Positions 37,702 to 47,581 of a DNA stretch of 64,000 nt are shown here, in pieces. The notes under the pieces were generated by a model. That model was not told where the DNA came from. It worked only from the letters and a program-made list of their open reading frames with translations, and did no database searches. Position numbers and translations under genes: made by a program. This DNA comes from an uncultured Gammaproteobacteria bacterium. Lineage in GTDB: Bacteria > Patescibacteriota > Patescibacteriia > JAHIZJ01. Location: positions 3,819-67,818 of the forward strand of contig CAZQLY010000002.1 in assembly GCA_964594455.1 (NCBI GenBank), read 5' to 3'. The stretch's first letter is position 1, and each line of letters begins with the position of its first letter.

Positions 37702-38514
37702 TTATATTTCTACTTCTTTATCTAATCTTTCGATCTTTAATGTTTTCCCGTTTTTGGCATCGATTTCTACTACTATGGCGTTAACCTGGATGATTCCTGT
37801 TTCAGGGATCTCATGGATAAACGGCTGCTGAGTCAAGAATTTTTTGATAATGATATCCTTATCGACTCCCAGAACAGAATCGCGCGGTCCGACCATACCA
37901 ATGTCGGTTATATAGCCAGTCCCTTTGGGCAACACTGCCGGATCGGCCGTGGGCACGTGGGTATGAGTACCAAACACTGCTGAGACTCGTCCATCCACAT
38001 ACCAGCCAAAGGCTTTGGCCTCAGAGGTAGCTTCGGTGTGGAAGTCGATCAGTACGGCGTTGGGCCTTTCTGATTCGTAATCTTTTAATATCTGGTCGAC
38101 CGAACGAAACGGACAATCGAAATCTTCTTGAAAGAATACCCGTCCGTTAAGATTAATCAACAACACCTTCTTCGTTCCCAGAGTCACCAGCCGGTGTCCT
38201 TGACCTGGTGTTCCGGCTGGATAGTTAGCTGGCCGCAGAACCACTGGCTCTTTTTGCTCCAGAAGATCGGTAGCCTCCCTTTTTCTAAAGATGTGGTTTC
38301 CTGAAGTGAAGAGATCAATTCCAGCCGCTTGGCATTCTTCTATCGTCTTGGTGGTTACGCCAACGCCGTGAGCTATGTTCTCAGCGTTAGCAATAATCAA
38401 GTCGGGTTTTAATTCCTTTTTGAGCTCAGGCACTATCCGGTATAGCGCTGTGCGTCCAGGTCGTCCAACTACATCACCAAAGATGATAAATTTCAAAGTG
38501 GATTTAGCGGGCAT
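37702..38514 (-). CDS. ymdB: YmdB-family metallophosphoesterase (2',3'-cyclic-nucleotide 2'-phosphodiesterase)
   Basis: N-terminal FIIFGDVVGRPGR and GNH motifs of the YmdB/TIGR00282 family; directly downstream of rny (conserved rny-ymdB pair). Confidence 0.8.
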   Translation of the reverse strand: MPAKSTLKFIIFGDVVGRPGRTALYRIVPELKKELKPDLIIANAENIAHGVGVTTKTIEECQAAGIDLFTSGNHIFRKREATDLLEQKEPVVLRPANYPAGTPGQGHRLVTLGTKKVLLINLNGRVFFQEDFDCPFRSVDQILKDYESERPNAVLIDFHTEATSEAKAFGWYVDGRVSAVFGTHTHVPTADPAVLPKGTGYITDIGMVGPRDSVLGVDKDIIIKKFLTQQPFIHEIPETGIIQVNAIVVEIDAKNGKTLKIERLDKEVEI

Positions 38515-40030
38515 ATTCTGTTATGCGTTTTTCTCGGATAAGGTTTACTTTTATTTCACCAGGATAGCGCAACTCTTCTTCAATACGGTTGGCAATATCT
38601 CGAGCTAATTTTTCAGCCGCCAGATCATCTATTTGTTCAGGTTTAACGAAAACGCGGATTTCCCTACCGGCTTGGATAGCGTAGGTTTTTTCAACGCCAT
38701 CAAAGGTTAAAGCGACATTTTCCAGCTCAGTTAACCTTTGGAGATAGTTTTCATAAGTATCTTTTCTAGCTCCAAATCTGGCTCCAGAAATAGCGTCAGC
38801 TACTTTGGCACAAATACCTTCCAGGGTTTTGGGAGCGTCTTCATGATGAGCAATTGAAATATAAGCTACTTCTTCCGGCAGACGAAACTTTTTCATGATG
38901 TCATAGCCGATCTTGGGATGCCCCCCCTGCACTTCATGATCAATAGCTTTACCGATATCATGCAAGAGACCACCTTTTTTAGCTACTGCCACATCAGCGC
39001 CCAGTTCTTCAGCCAGCATACCAGCTAAGTGTGATACTTCAATGGAATGCTTAAGTACATTTTGTCCATAGCTGGTTCGGTATTTCAAACGTCCTAGTAG
39101 TTGTACGAGCTTTGGATCCAGACCAGCCACACCGGCTTCGTAGACGGCTTCTTCTCCGGCTTCTCGGATATCTTTGGCTAATTCTTTTTTTGCAATTTCA
39201 ACAGTTTCTTCAATACGAGCTGGGTGAATGCGTCCGTCTTGGATCAGTTTTTCGATAGCTCTTTTAGCCAAATGCCTTCGGATAGGACTGAAACCTGATA
39301 TAACGATAACTTCTGGAGTATCGTCAACTACTACCTCTACTCCGGTCAGTTGTTCTATTACTCTGATGTTTCTACCCTCACGTCCGATAATTCTCCCTTT
39401 CATTTCATCGGAAGGCAGAGCTACGGTGGTGGTGGTAGTTTCTGAAGCGTGTGATGAGGCACAGCGCTGGATGACAACACTGAGGAGATTACGGGCTTCT
39501 CTCTCTACTTCCTCATGACTGCGTTGCTTAAGTTTTTTAATACGTTGGACGAGATCTTCTTCGATATTTTTTTCGGTGATAGCTAAAAGTTGTTCTTTAG
39601 CTTCGTCGCGATTCATGCCGGAAATTTTTTCCAGCTCTTTAGATTTAGCCTCACGTATTTTTTCTATTTCTTTTTTGACCGCCTCGATTCGACGAGCTCG
39701 ATCATAGAGTTTTTGCTGACGACTTTCTAATTCCATCAGCTTTTGGTCAAACATCCCTTCTCGTTTTTCTAAACGATCCTGGAGTCTGGTAATTTCTCCC
39801 CGACGATGACCCTCTTCCTTTTTAGAGTCATCAATGATTTTAATTGCTTTGTCTTTAGCGGTAAGGAGTATCTCCTTTTGTTTGTTCTGTGCTTGTCTGA
39901 TGAGATCTTGAGCTTTGGCTTCCGCTGAATCTGCTTTTTTGGAAATCGTTATTTTGTGTATCAAGTATCCCAAGATGCCACCGCTGGCTAACCCTACAGC
40001 CACCAAGACAATCCAAGTTGTTACTGACAT
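38504..40030 (-). CDS. rny: ribonuclease Y
   Basis: N-terminal TM, coiled-coil, KH domain, HD domain (HHEDAPKT...). Confidence 0.9.
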   Translation of the reverse strand: MSVTTWIVLVAVGLASGGILGYLIHKITISKKADSAEAKAQDLIRQAQNKQKEILLTAKDKAIKIIDDSKKEEGHRRGEITRLQDRLEKREGMFDQKLMELESRQQKLYDRARRIEAVKKEIEKIREAKSKELEKISGMNRDEAKEQLLAITEKNIEEDLVQRIKKLKQRSHEEVEREARNLLSVVIQRCASSHASETTTTTVALPSDEMKGRIIGREGRNIRVIEQLTGVEVVVDDTPEVIVISGFSPIRRHLAKRAIEKLIQDGRIHPARIEETVEIAKKELAKDIREAGEEAVYEAGVAGLDPKLVQLLGRLKYRTSYGQNVLKHSIEVSHLAGMLAEELGADVAVAKKGGLLHDIGKAIDHEVQGGHPKIGYDIMKKFRLPEEVAYISIAHHEDAPKTLEGICAKVADAISGARFGARKDTYENYLQRLTELENVALTFDGVEKTYAIQAGREIRVFVKPEQIDDLAAEKLARDIANRIEEELRYPGEIKVNLIREKRITEYAR

Positions 40031-40156
40031 AAAGTTGCATCGTGATTAATAGATTTTTAAATAAGTTTAATGGCATTTGGCATAGTACCACGTTGGCTAA
40101 ATTTAGGCAAGAAATTACAAAAACTGGCCCTTTTTCTGAGCCAGAGTTTGTTATAA

Positions 40157-40735
40157 TTATTTCTTGATGATGCGGTCAATTATTCCGTACGTCTTTGCCT
40201 CTTCGGCGGACATGAAATAATCGCGATCTGTGTCTTTCTCGATTTTCTTGAGCGGCTGGCTGGTGTGCTGAGCTAGGATTTTGTTGAGTCGGTCTTTTAT
40301 CTTGATAATGTGTCGGGCTCGGATATCTACATCTATGGCTTGACCCTCAGCTCCACCCATCACTTGATGAATAAGAATTTCGGAATTAGGTAAAGCCAAG
40401 CGTTTGTTCTTTTGGCCGGCGGCCAGAAGAACAGCACCCATACTGCCGGCTAAGCCCAAGCAGATTGTTGAAACAGGGGGCTTAACATATTGCATTGTAT
40501 CATAGATAGCCATGCCGGCAGTGACCGATCCACCCGGAGTGTTGATGTAAAGTTTTATTTCTTTGTTCTTATCTTCACTTTCCAGAAATAGTAATTGAGC
40601 GATGACGGTGTTGGCGACGTTATCATCAATCGGAGATCCCAGGAAGATTATCTTTTCTTTTAAAAGACGAGAATAAATATCGTAGGCTCGTTCACCGAAA
40701 TTTGATTTTTCGACTACGGTTGGTATGAGATACAT
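40157..40735 (-). CDS. clpP: ATP-dependent Clp protease proteolytic subunit
   Basis: ClpP signature [19 protein letters not shown]...GxxTAGMA...Ser-His-Asp context. Confidence 0.9.
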   Translation of the reverse strand: MYLIPTVVEKSNFGERAYDIYSRLLKEKIIFLGSPIDDNVANTVIAQLLFLESEDKNKEIKLYINTPGGSVTAGMAIYDTMQYVKPPVSTICLGLAGSMGAVLLAAGQKNKRLALPNSEILIHQVMGGAEGQAIDVDIRARHIIKIKDRLNKILAQHTSQPLKKIEKDTDRDYFMSAEEAKTYGIIDRIIKK

Positions 40736-40799
40736 ATGTTTTAATTAAGAATTATTAATTAAGAATGAAGAATGACGGTATGTACTATTATAAAAAAAT

Positions 40800-41783
40800 T
40801 CAGCTTACTTGCCAATGCCTACCATTGTGTTTCAATTTTCCTTGGACTGTAAAACCAGCGGCTCGTTTATGACCCCCTCCGCCTAGTTCTGTTGCCAGCC
40901 GGGAAACGTCAATACCCGGCGTGGTAGTTCGTAAGCTACCTTTAATTTTGTTGTCGGGTTCTTGCTTTAATACCATTATAGCTTTGGCGCCAGACAAATT
41001 ATTCAAGAAGTTGGCTATCCCCTCAACAGATTCCTCATTAGTATCGTGCTCTTCTAAATCATTTTGAGTGATTACAGTCGTAGATAATCCAAACCTTGGA
41101 TTATAAGTTAATCGAGATAGCGCCACTCCCCAAAGTTTTAGCGTGGGTAATGATTTTGATTGAGCGGCAGTGGTAATTCTTCTCAAACGAGCTCCTTTGA
41201 TCAATAGGCGCGAGGCTGTATCTATTATACCTCTAGTCGTATTAGCGTGGGCGAATCCGCCCGTGTCATAAACAATCCCGGTTAGCAAACAAGTAGCGAT
41301 TATTTTATCGTAAGATATATTTAAGTTTTCAAAAAAATGAAAAATTATTTCAGTAGTGGCAGCGGCAGTCGGCTCGACAATATTAATTGAACCAAATTGA
41401 TGATTAGTAGGGTGATGGTCAATGTTCACCAGTGGCCTGGCTATCAGCTGACTGATTGATTCCTTGGGCAGATCGAGCATTTTTAAATCCGCAAAATCTA
41501 CTGCTATGATTAGATTGTATTGCGGAAAATCTAATTTGCTAATATCGGTCGAAATCCTTTCAAAACCAGGCAAATACTCAAATTGATTTGAAGGAGGTTT
41601 ACCGGCAAAAACCACACACTCTTTGTTGAGTGATTGAAAATAGTGCATTAGAGCCAGGCTCGCACCCAAACTGTCACCGTCAGAATCTTTTGGATTCAAT
41701 ATTAAAATACGCTCAGCCTTGTTTATCAGCTCAGAAAAATTATCCCAAGTTTTATCAGGTATTGTCATGATGTATTTGATCAA
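40800..41783 (-). CDS. nrnA: bifunctional oligoribonuclease/pAp-phosphatase NrnA (DHH-DHHA1)
   Basis: DSDGD motif, NIDHH motif, DHHA1 GGGGH motif. Confidence 0.8.
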   Translation of the reverse strand: MIKYIMTIPDKTWDNFSELINKAERILILNPKDSDGDSLGASLALMHYFQSLNKECVVFAGKPPSNQFEYLPGFERISTDISKLDFPQYNLIIAVDFADLKMLDLPKESISQLIARPLVNIDHHPTNHQFGSINIVEPTAAATTEIIFHFFENLNISYDKIIATCLLTGIVYDTGGFAHANTTRGIIDTASRLLIKGARLRRITTAAQSKSLPTLKLWGVALSRLTYNPRFGLSTTVITQNDLEEHDTNEESVEGIANFLNNLSGAKAIMVLKQEPDNKIKGSLRTTTPGIDVSRLATELGGGGHKRAAGFTVQGKLKHNGRHWQVS

Positions 41784-42102
41784 TCAATTCATCAATCCGA
41801 GCGGCCTTTTCTTCTGATTCATCTATCTTGAATCTCAAATGCGGTATAACTCTCATCACTAGTTTTTGACCCAGCTGATGTTGAATTTCTTTGCTGGATT
41901 GGAGAATAATAGGAAAAACCTCCCGTGATTTGTCAATCGGATAAATCTTGAGCCAGACCTGGGCGTGTTCCAGATCGGCCGATGTATCCACGCGGCTAAT
42001 GGTGACTATGCTATCACCGGGTAACTCCAGCTCACGCGTAAATATCTTGCCCAGCTCATCGCGGATAAGTTCGTTTACTTGAGCGATACGTTTCGAGGGC
42101 AC
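41755..42102 (-). CDS. rbfA: ribosome-binding factor A
   Basis: RIAQVNELIRDELGKIF N-terminus and KH-like fold length; follows infB as in the canonical nusA-infB-rbfA cluster. Confidence 0.85.
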   Translation of the reverse strand: MPSKRIAQVNELIRDELGKIFTRELELPGDSIVTISRVDTSADLEHAQVWLKIYPIDKSREVFPIILQSSKEIQHQLGQKLVMRVIPHLRFKIDESEEKAARIDELIDQIHHDNT

Positions 42103-42103
42103 G

Positions 42104-43897
42104 TTATTGAATGATGAGTTTCTTTTGCTTGGTCTCTTCGCGGTAGACGTTGAAGCGATCTCCTACCTCAATAGCTAGGTCGCTTTTTAATTTCAGTCCG
42201 CACTCCCGACCGGAAGTGACTTCCGAAACAGCCTGTTTATCTATTTGCAGTTGAGTTATTAGTGCTTGTCCGATAACCTCTTTTTGCCTAACGATTTCGA
42301 CTTTTGAATCAGGCAGTAATTTTCCCTTGGTTACTTTACCACCCGCTATTACTAGGGGAAGTTTGGTACGGAATACAGCCAGTACATTTAATACACCTAA
42401 TTCTGTTTTAATTATTTCAGGGCTCATTAATTCTTCCAAGCCGGCCACGACGTCGTTAATCAAATCATAGATTACCTGAAATGGTTGGATGGTAAACTCT
42501 TGTCCTTTGGCTACTTCTTGAGCATGCGGAGTAATGGCAACGTTAAATGCATATAATTTAGCTTGGGCAGTTGTAGCTCTGAGCACATCTGCCTCGGTAA
42601 CATTGCCCAGCCCCTTAGCCACAACTTTTACACTAACATCCTCACCCTTTATTTTTTCCAAAGATTCTATTATCGCTTCTAAAGACCCTAGAACATCGGC
42701 CTTGATAACAACATTAAGTTGTTTAACTGTTGGTGCCTTATTGTCCTTTGACTGAGCTTCAACATCTTTTTTCTTAATATGAACAGTGGGAGTAGTTGGT
42801 TTGTAATCTTTCTGCTTCCTGATTTTATTCAGTTCTTTCTTATCAATCACAGTTAAGATGTCACCCACTTTGGCCGCCCTTTTAAGCCCTATGATTTCTG
42901 ATGGTTGGGAGGGAACAGCTTTTTTTATTTCTTTACCAAGGTGGTCACGCATTATTTTTACTTTACCGCCCACAACCCCCCCGACAGTTATTAAATCACC
43001 AGCATGCAGCGTACCAGTTTGTATGACTACTGTAGCTACCGGACCCCTGCCTTTATCAATGTTAGATTCGATTACCGTACCGACAGCCTCACGGGTTGGA
43101 TCGGCTACGATCTGTTTTTTATTTACATCAGCTACCAGTAGAAGCAGGTCAAGTAATTCACGAATGTTAGTTTTTTGTTTAGCCGATATTTCGATGACAG
43201 GTATCTTGCCGCCCCAGTCTTCTACTAAGACATCTTTTTCAGCCAGCTGTTGTTTAGTTTTATCAGGATTAGCGTCAGGCAAATCAATTTTATTAATTGC
43301 CACGATCATCGGCAGCTGACTTTTTTTGATAATTTCAATAGCTTCCACGGTCTGTGGCTTGACTCCGTCGTTTGCGGCTACGATCAAAATAGCAATATCG
43401 GCCACTCTAGCTCCGCGTGATCGCATAGCGGTGAAAGCTTCATGCCCCGGCGTGTCAATAAAAGTAATCAATCTACCTTTTTCTTCTATTTGATAGGCTC
43501 CGATATGCTGAGTAATGCCTCCGGCTTCACCATCAACTACGTTTGTCTCTCGGACAGCATCCAGAAGCTTGGTTTTTCCATGATCGACGTGCCCCATTAC
43601 CACCACAACTGGCGGGCGGCTAGTTTGACCTTCCTTTGATTCTGACTGAATAAGCTTCTCAGCCTCTTTGGCTGAACCATCTTCCTCGTCTACCTGAATA
43701 ACTTCAAACCCCATATCTTCAGCCACTATGGCCGCAGTATCAAAATCAATCCACTCGTTCAAAGTAGACATTACCCCGTTCTGCATCAGGTTAGATATAA
43801 CATCAGTGACCGGCTTGTCCATTTTTTCAGCCAGGTCTTTGACTACTATCTTGGAAGGTATTTCAATTTTCTGAGTTGTTGTCTCTGTCATAGTCAT
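42104..43897 (-). CDS. infB: translation initiation factor IF-2
   Basis: G-domain motifs [20 protein letters not shown]; start set to ATG MTMTETT at 43897. Confidence 0.9.
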   Translation of the reverse strand: MTMTETTTQKIEIPSKIVVKDLAEKMDKPVTDVISNLMQNGVMSTLNEWIDFDTAAIVAEDMGFEVIQVDEEDGSAKEAEKLIQSESKEGQTSRPPVVVVMGHVDHGKTKLLDAVRETNVVDGEAGGITQHIGAYQIEEKGRLITFIDTPGHEAFTAMRSRGARVADIAILIVAANDGVKPQTVEAIEIIKKSQLPMIVAINKIDLPDANPDKTKQQLAEKDVLVEDWGGKIPVIEISAKQKTNIRELLDLLLLVADVNKKQIVADPTREAVGTVIESNIDKGRGPVATVVIQTGTLHAGDLITVGGVVGGKVKIMRDHLGKEIKKAVPSQPSEIIGLKRAAKVGDILTVIDKKELNKIRKQKDYKPTTPTVHIKKKDVEAQSKDNKAPTVKQLNVVIKADVLGSLEAIIESLEKIKGEDVSVKVVAKGLGNVTEADVLRATTAQAKLYAFNVAITPHAQEVAKGQEFTIQPFQVIYDLINDVVAGLEELMSPEIIKTELGVLNVLAVFRTKLPLVIAGGKVTKGKLLPDSKVEIVRQKEVIGQALITQLQIDKQAVSEVTSGRECGLKLKSDLAIEVGDRFNVYREETKQKKLIIQ

Positions 43898-43940
43898 TAG
43901 ACTTCCATACATTCTACAGATTAACACTATTATTGTCAAT

Positions 43941-43967
43941 AAAAAAGCCCCGCTCAGTAGCAGGGCA
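43941..43967 (-). terminator. rho-independent terminator (- strand) after the aminopeptidase gene
   Basis: gccctgc-N6-gcggggc stem with a T6 run on the - strand. Confidence 0.55.
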
Positions 43968-43982
43968 GAAACAGGAAAGAGC

Positions 43983-45101
43983 TTAGGTCAGCTGATCCGG
44001 GTTCAGGCCGGCCAGTTCCTTGATGACGAAGAGGCCATCCTTGCGAATCAGGTTACCATCGAACCAGATCTCGCCTCCACCCATGTCCGGGGTCTGCTTG
44101 TGGATCAGGTCCCAGTGAATGCCGGACTTGTTGCCGTTCGGCGCCCGGTCGTAGGAATTACCCAGAGCCATGTGAATGGAGCCGGAGATCTTCTCATCGA
44201 AGAGCGTATCGAGAATAGGGGCCGTGATGTGTGGATTCAGGCCAAAGGCGAATTCGCCTACGCCGCGTGAACCCCTATCGCGATCCAGTATGCTCTCCAA
44301 CCGAGCATTGTCTCCGTCGGTATGTGATTCAACCACTTTACCTTTCTTGAAAACCAGGGTGATGTTCGGGAAAACGGTACCTTCGAACAGACTGGCGCAA
44401 TTGAATCTGACTTGTCCGTTCAAAGAAGTCTTGACTGGAGCGGTAAAGACTTCACCGTCCGGAACGTTGAGATGTCCGTCGCACTTGACTACCGGAATTT
44501 CCTTGATAGAGAAACTAAGATCAGTGTCCGGACCGACGATCCTGACCTGGTCCGTGCGCTCCATCAAAGCCTTGAGCGGGTCCATGGCTTGACTCATGCG
44601 CGGGTAGTCGAGCAGGCAGACGCGGTAGTAGAAGTCGGCGAAACCCTCCAGTGACATGCCAGCCTGCTGAGCCATGGCATCATTGGGATAGCGCAGGACA
44701 ACCCAGCGGGTTTTCGGTACGCGCACCTTGAGATGAACCGGACCCTGAACGAGTTCGGTAAAAAGCGACTGCTTTTCAGCCGGTACGTCACTCAATTCCC
44801 GAGTGTTGGATGTTCCGCGAATGCCGATGTAGCACTGCATCTTCCTCATTCTGGGCAGAGCGAACTTTGCCAAAGCGGCAATCTGCTCACGAGTTCCGTG
44901 GAGCAGGATACGGCGCAGCATGGCTTCGTCTCTGAACTCGGTTTGAACCAGAGCTCCGCGTTCCAGGGCCACACTGACAACATCACGAGCCAAGGGCAAT
45001 GTATCTTCGCCGATTGCCTCGACCAGGACATTGTCGCCTCCTTGGACAGCCATTGAGTAGCCAACTAGCATTTCTGCAAATTGGCGATTCCGTGGATCCA
45101 T
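43983..45101 (-). CDS. M29-family aminopeptidase (AmpS/PepS-like)
   Basis: 372 aa, family-level resemblance to thermophilic-metalloprotease M29 aminopeptidases; about 57% GC, far above flanking DNA. Confidence 0.75.
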   Translation of the reverse strand: MDPRNRQFAEMLVGYSMAVQGGDNVLVEAIGEDTLPLARDVVSVALERGALVQTEFRDEAMLRRILLHGTREQIAALAKFALPRMRKMQCYIGIRGTSNTRELSDVPAEKQSLFTELVQGPVHLKVRVPKTRWVVLRYPNDAMAQQAGMSLEGFADFYYRVCLLDYPRMSQAMDPLKALMERTDQVRIVGPDTDLSFSIKEIPVVKCDGHLNVPDGEVFTAPVKTSLNGQVRFNCASLFEGTVFPNITLVFKKGKVVESHTDGDNARLESILDRDRGSRGVGEFAFGLNPHITAPILDTLFDEKISGSIHMALGNSYDRAPNGNKSGIHWDLIHKQTPDMGGGEIWFDGNLIRKDGLFVIKELAGLNPDQLT

Positions 45102-45196
45102 TGAGAACCTCCTTGCCGGTTTCAGTAAAGTTGAATTGAAGACTGGAATAAGAAAAGAGCAGTAAAACCTTACTTTTTATTATCACTTTTGTCAAT

Positions 45197-45249
45197 AAAA
45201 AAAGGGGGTCTCGGGAGAGGTGGTGGAGCCTCTCCACTATGAGACCCCC
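45197..45249 (-). terminator. long hairpin terminator (- strand) after the lipid-kinase gene
   Basis: gggggtctc...gagaccccc 9-bp outer stem with an inner ggagagg/cctctcc stem, flanked by A7 (+ strand), giving T7 on the - strand. Confidence 0.65.
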
Positions 45250-45319
45250 GGTAGGACAGCCCAGGAGGGTGGTTGGAAACCACATAAAGGCCGCCTACCA
45301 ATACGGTTGTTATACTATA

Positions 45320-46069
45320 TTAAAACTCCCTATTTTTACCAACTATCACTCTGAGTCTATTTTTTGCTACACCCACCTTGGCCGGTGTTTTTATCACTGC
45401 CTGCCCATCAGCAATAACGGGTTGACTATCGCTTGATTTTATCTCGGCGGTGCTGACCGGAAAAACGCTATTAGTCGAAGTATTTTTTTTAAAGAGTTTA
45501 CCCATTCCTGATCCTTCTGCTCCTGAGACAATCACTTCCAAAACACCATCGCGCGGATCACATTTCATATCATCTGTTACGACAGCCCCAAAGTTATATA
45601 TGGTCATGTTTTGATTTGACCTGAGGGATTTAATTGTATATTGGTTATTCAAAAATAAAGTACCCGATGGTATTTCCAGATGAGTCAAAAAGTATTGGTC
45701 ATTAACTTTCCCCAGGTCCAACCTTTCTATGACCCGGGCGGACAAAACATCACAAGCCTTTTCTCCTTCTGGTATGCCGAGCAGTTTGGCCAAACGGTTA
45801 GGCTTGCCTAAGGGAATAATTCCGAGACTGACTTTGTTGCCGGCAACAAGAGAAATTATTTTAGTAACAGTTTCGTCGTTTCCAACTGCGACGATTGTCT
45901 CGGCACCTTTTTTAATGGCGTCGGTTACTAGTTCATCAATACTGGTCAAAACAGAAAGTCGACATATCTTTCCGGCAATGCCTAAATCAGTTAAGCGTGT
46001 TTCAACTCGGGCAATGGAATTTTGAAAACGCTGGTCACTAACAAATGTATCGTATATGTATACGTACAT
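45320..46069 (-). CDS. diacylglycerol-kinase catalytic-domain lipid kinase (YegS/BmrU-like)
   Basis: DAGK_cat-like N-terminal region (IVAVGNDETVTKII...GIIPLG). Confidence 0.65.
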   Translation of the reverse strand: MYVYIYDTFVSDQRFQNSIARVETRLTDLGIAGKICRLSVLTSIDELVTDAIKKGAETIVAVGNDETVTKIISLVAGNKVSLGIIPLGKPNRLAKLLGIPEGEKACDVLSARVIERLDLGKVNDQYFLTHLEIPSGTLFLNNQYTIKSLRSNQNMTIYNFGAVVTDDMKCDPRDGVLEVIVSGAEGSGMGKLFKKNTSTNSVFPVSTAEIKSSDSQPVIADGQAVIKTPAKVGVAKNRLRVIVGKNREF

Positions 46070-46075
46070 AAAAAG

Positions 46076-46495
46076 TTATTTGTTATTGCGCTTGTCTTTT
46101 TTATCTACGACTGGTTCATCAGGTTCAGTAACGTTCTGTCCGTTTGAACTCATGCTAACCTTTCCATTGACGATAGCACCCGACTCCATTGAAATATTAG
46201 CAGCTTTAATGTTACCGTGAATCTTAGCTGTCTTTGTCATTTCAATTTTTTCACTGGCAACAATTTGGTTACCACGAATTTCACCGGCAGTAAAAATATT
46301 CTTTGCTTCGACATCAGCTTTTATTTTTGCTTGAGACCCGATAGTTAGATTACCATCAGTTTTTAGAGTGCCATTGACTTGACCTTCTACAATAACATTG
46401 CCGTTCCCAATAAAATTACCTTCGACTTGGACTGATGGACCGATAACTGTATCCATCCTTTCAGAGCTTTTTCCTTCTTTAGTAAACATAAACAA
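46076..46495 (-). CDS. bactofilin
   Basis: beta-helical repeat pattern (VEGNFIGNGNVIVEGQVNGTLKTDGNLTIG...) typical of DUF583/bactofilin. Confidence 0.8.
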   Translation of the reverse strand: MFMFTKEGKSSERMDTVIGPSVQVEGNFIGNGNVIVEGQVNGTLKTDGNLTIGSQAKIKADVEAKNIFTAGEIRGNQIVASEKIEMTKTAKIHGNIKAANISMESGAIVNGKVSMSSNGQNVTEPDEPVVDKKDKRNNK

Positions 46496-46611
46496 TATAA
46501 TTAGTTAATAATGCTACTCCAATCTTATGGTGTATTAGGCCTGCTTGTCAAAAAAATCTTGTGGGTTATGCGGTCATCAGATAAACTGTAAGGTAGAGTA
46601 ACCATAATTAT

Positions 46612-46803
46612 ATGAATGAAGAAAATTTACAAGACGAGAAAAATGAGACAACCGTATCAAAAAACATGTCTCATATGGGACTATTGACAATACTAATAAT
46701 TAGTGTTGTAATTATAGTAATGTTTGGTGTGCTTTACTATTTTGAAGCAAACAACGGATTAATGACAGATTTGTCCCAAAAGGTGACAAACTACATTATT
46801 TAG
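46612..46803 (+). CDS. hypothetical small membrane protein
   Basis: 63 aa with one clear TM (LLTILIISVVIIVMFGVLYYF); weak ribosome-binding site. Confidence 0.3.
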   Translation: MNEENLQDEKNETTVSKNMSHMGLLTILIISVVIIVMFGVLYYFEANNGLMTDLSQKVTNYII

Positions 46804-46846
46804 TTTTACGACACTTAAAATATACTAAAATAAGCTTATTTAATAT

Positions 46847-46862
46847 TGTTCCACGTGGAACA
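46847..46862. promoter_or_regulatory. 16-bp perfect palindrome TGTTCCACGTGGAACA (operator-like), copy 1, upstream of the tRNA-Arg/Ala cluster
   Basis: exact inverted repeat; TTGTTC at 46846-46851 could double as a -35 element. Confidence 0.5.
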
Positions 46863-46895
46863 TGTCATTCACTAATAACGTGTTGTAACACCCCT

Positions 46896-46970
46896 GCCCC
46901 CGTAGTTCAATGGATAGAACAAGGGACTCCTAAGCCCTGGATGGTGGTTCGATTCCGCCCGGGGGCACCA
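46896..46970 (+). tRNA. tRNA-Arg (anticodon CCT)
   Basis: GCCCCCGTAGTTCAATGGATAGAAC...GGGACTCCTAAGCCC...GGTTCGATTCC...GGGGGCACCA cloverleaf with encoded CCA. Confidence 0.75.
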
Positions 46971-46998
46971 TAGCTTGCTCGCCAATTATAATCATTTA

Positions 46999-47070
46999 GG
47001 GCCCATAGCTCAGCTGACTTAGAGCCTGCCTGCGCTAAAGCCGGAGATTAGCTTCGGCAAAGGCAGGCGT
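46999..47070 (+). pseudogene. tRNA-like 5' portion (acceptor and D arm, Ala-like) followed by a GC-rich hairpin and a C10 homopolymer
   Basis: GGGCCCATAGCTCAGCTGACTTAGAGC resembles tRNA-Ala nt 1-25 (GGGCTGTTAGCTCAGTTGGTAGAGC) but no complete cloverleaf can be built; gccggag-attag-cttcggc hairpin; C10 at 47085-47094. Confidence 0.4.
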
Positions 47071-47101
47071 CGCATTCGCACCCGCCCCCCCCCCGAAGCA
47101 T

Positions 47102-47177
47102 GGGCTGTTAGCTCAGTTGGTAGAGCGCTGCACTCGCATTGCAGAGGTCACCGGTTCGATTCCGGTACAGTCCACCA
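47102..47177 (+). tRNA. tRNA-Ala (anticodon CGC)
   Basis: GGGCTGTTAGCTCAGTTGGTAGAGCGCTGCACTCGCATTGCAGAGGTCACCGGTTCGATTCCGGTACAGTCCACCA; G3:U70 Ala identity pair present; encoded CCA. Confidence 0.8.
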
Positions 47178-47195
47178 GCCCGTGCGGCGGGCAGG

Positions 47196-47234
47196 TTGCA
47201 GAGGTCACCGGTTCAATTCCGGCTGGATCCACCA
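47196..47234 (+). pseudogene. duplicated 3' half of tRNA-Ala (anticodon-stem 3' strand to CCA)
   Basis: TGCAGAGGTCACCGGTTCAATTCCGG is nearly identical to tRNA-Ala(CGC) nt 39-64, then CTGGATCCACCA; preceded by the hairpin gcccg-tgcgg-cgggc. Confidence 0.5.
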
Positions 47235-47276
47235 TATAAAGCTATAAATAAACAATAAGTAAAATAAAAGTAATTT

Positions 47277-47528
47277 ATGATCTACAGAGAAGCCCTTGGA
47301 ACATCAATAAGTGACGCGATTCAAATAAAAAGCTCCATAATTAACAAGAACGGTGAAAATAAAGAAAAGATGGATCATTTAAAAATGATGTTTGGTAAAA
47401 AAGGAGATTGGTCGATAATTAATCAAAAGAATCTAAAAAAAGGTAAGAAAAAGTATCTAATAGTTAATATATTGTTATCAAATAACACTACAATGGCTGT
47501 ATATTTTGATGTTTCAAGGATGGAATAA
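47277..47528 (+). CDS. hypothetical small protein
   Basis: 83-aa ORF between the tRNA cluster and operator copy 2; no known domain; weak ribosome-binding site. Confidence 0.25.
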   Translation: MIYREALGTSISDAIQIKSSIINKNGENKEKMDHLKMMFGKKGDWSIINQKNLKKGKKKYLIVNILLSNNTTMAVYFDVSRME

Positions 47529-47529
47529 T

Positions 47530-47545
47530 TGTTCCACGTGGAACA
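47530..47545. promoter_or_regulatory. 16-bp perfect palindrome TGTTCCACGTGGAACA, copy 2, overlapping the promoter of the 47582 gene
   Basis: TTGTTC (47529-47534) as -35, 17-nt spacer, TATAGT (47552-47557) as -10, ribosome-binding GGGGG, ATG at 47582. Confidence 0.55.
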
Positions 47546-47581
47546 TTGTTATATAGTCCTCAAAAGAAAGGGGGTGAATAA

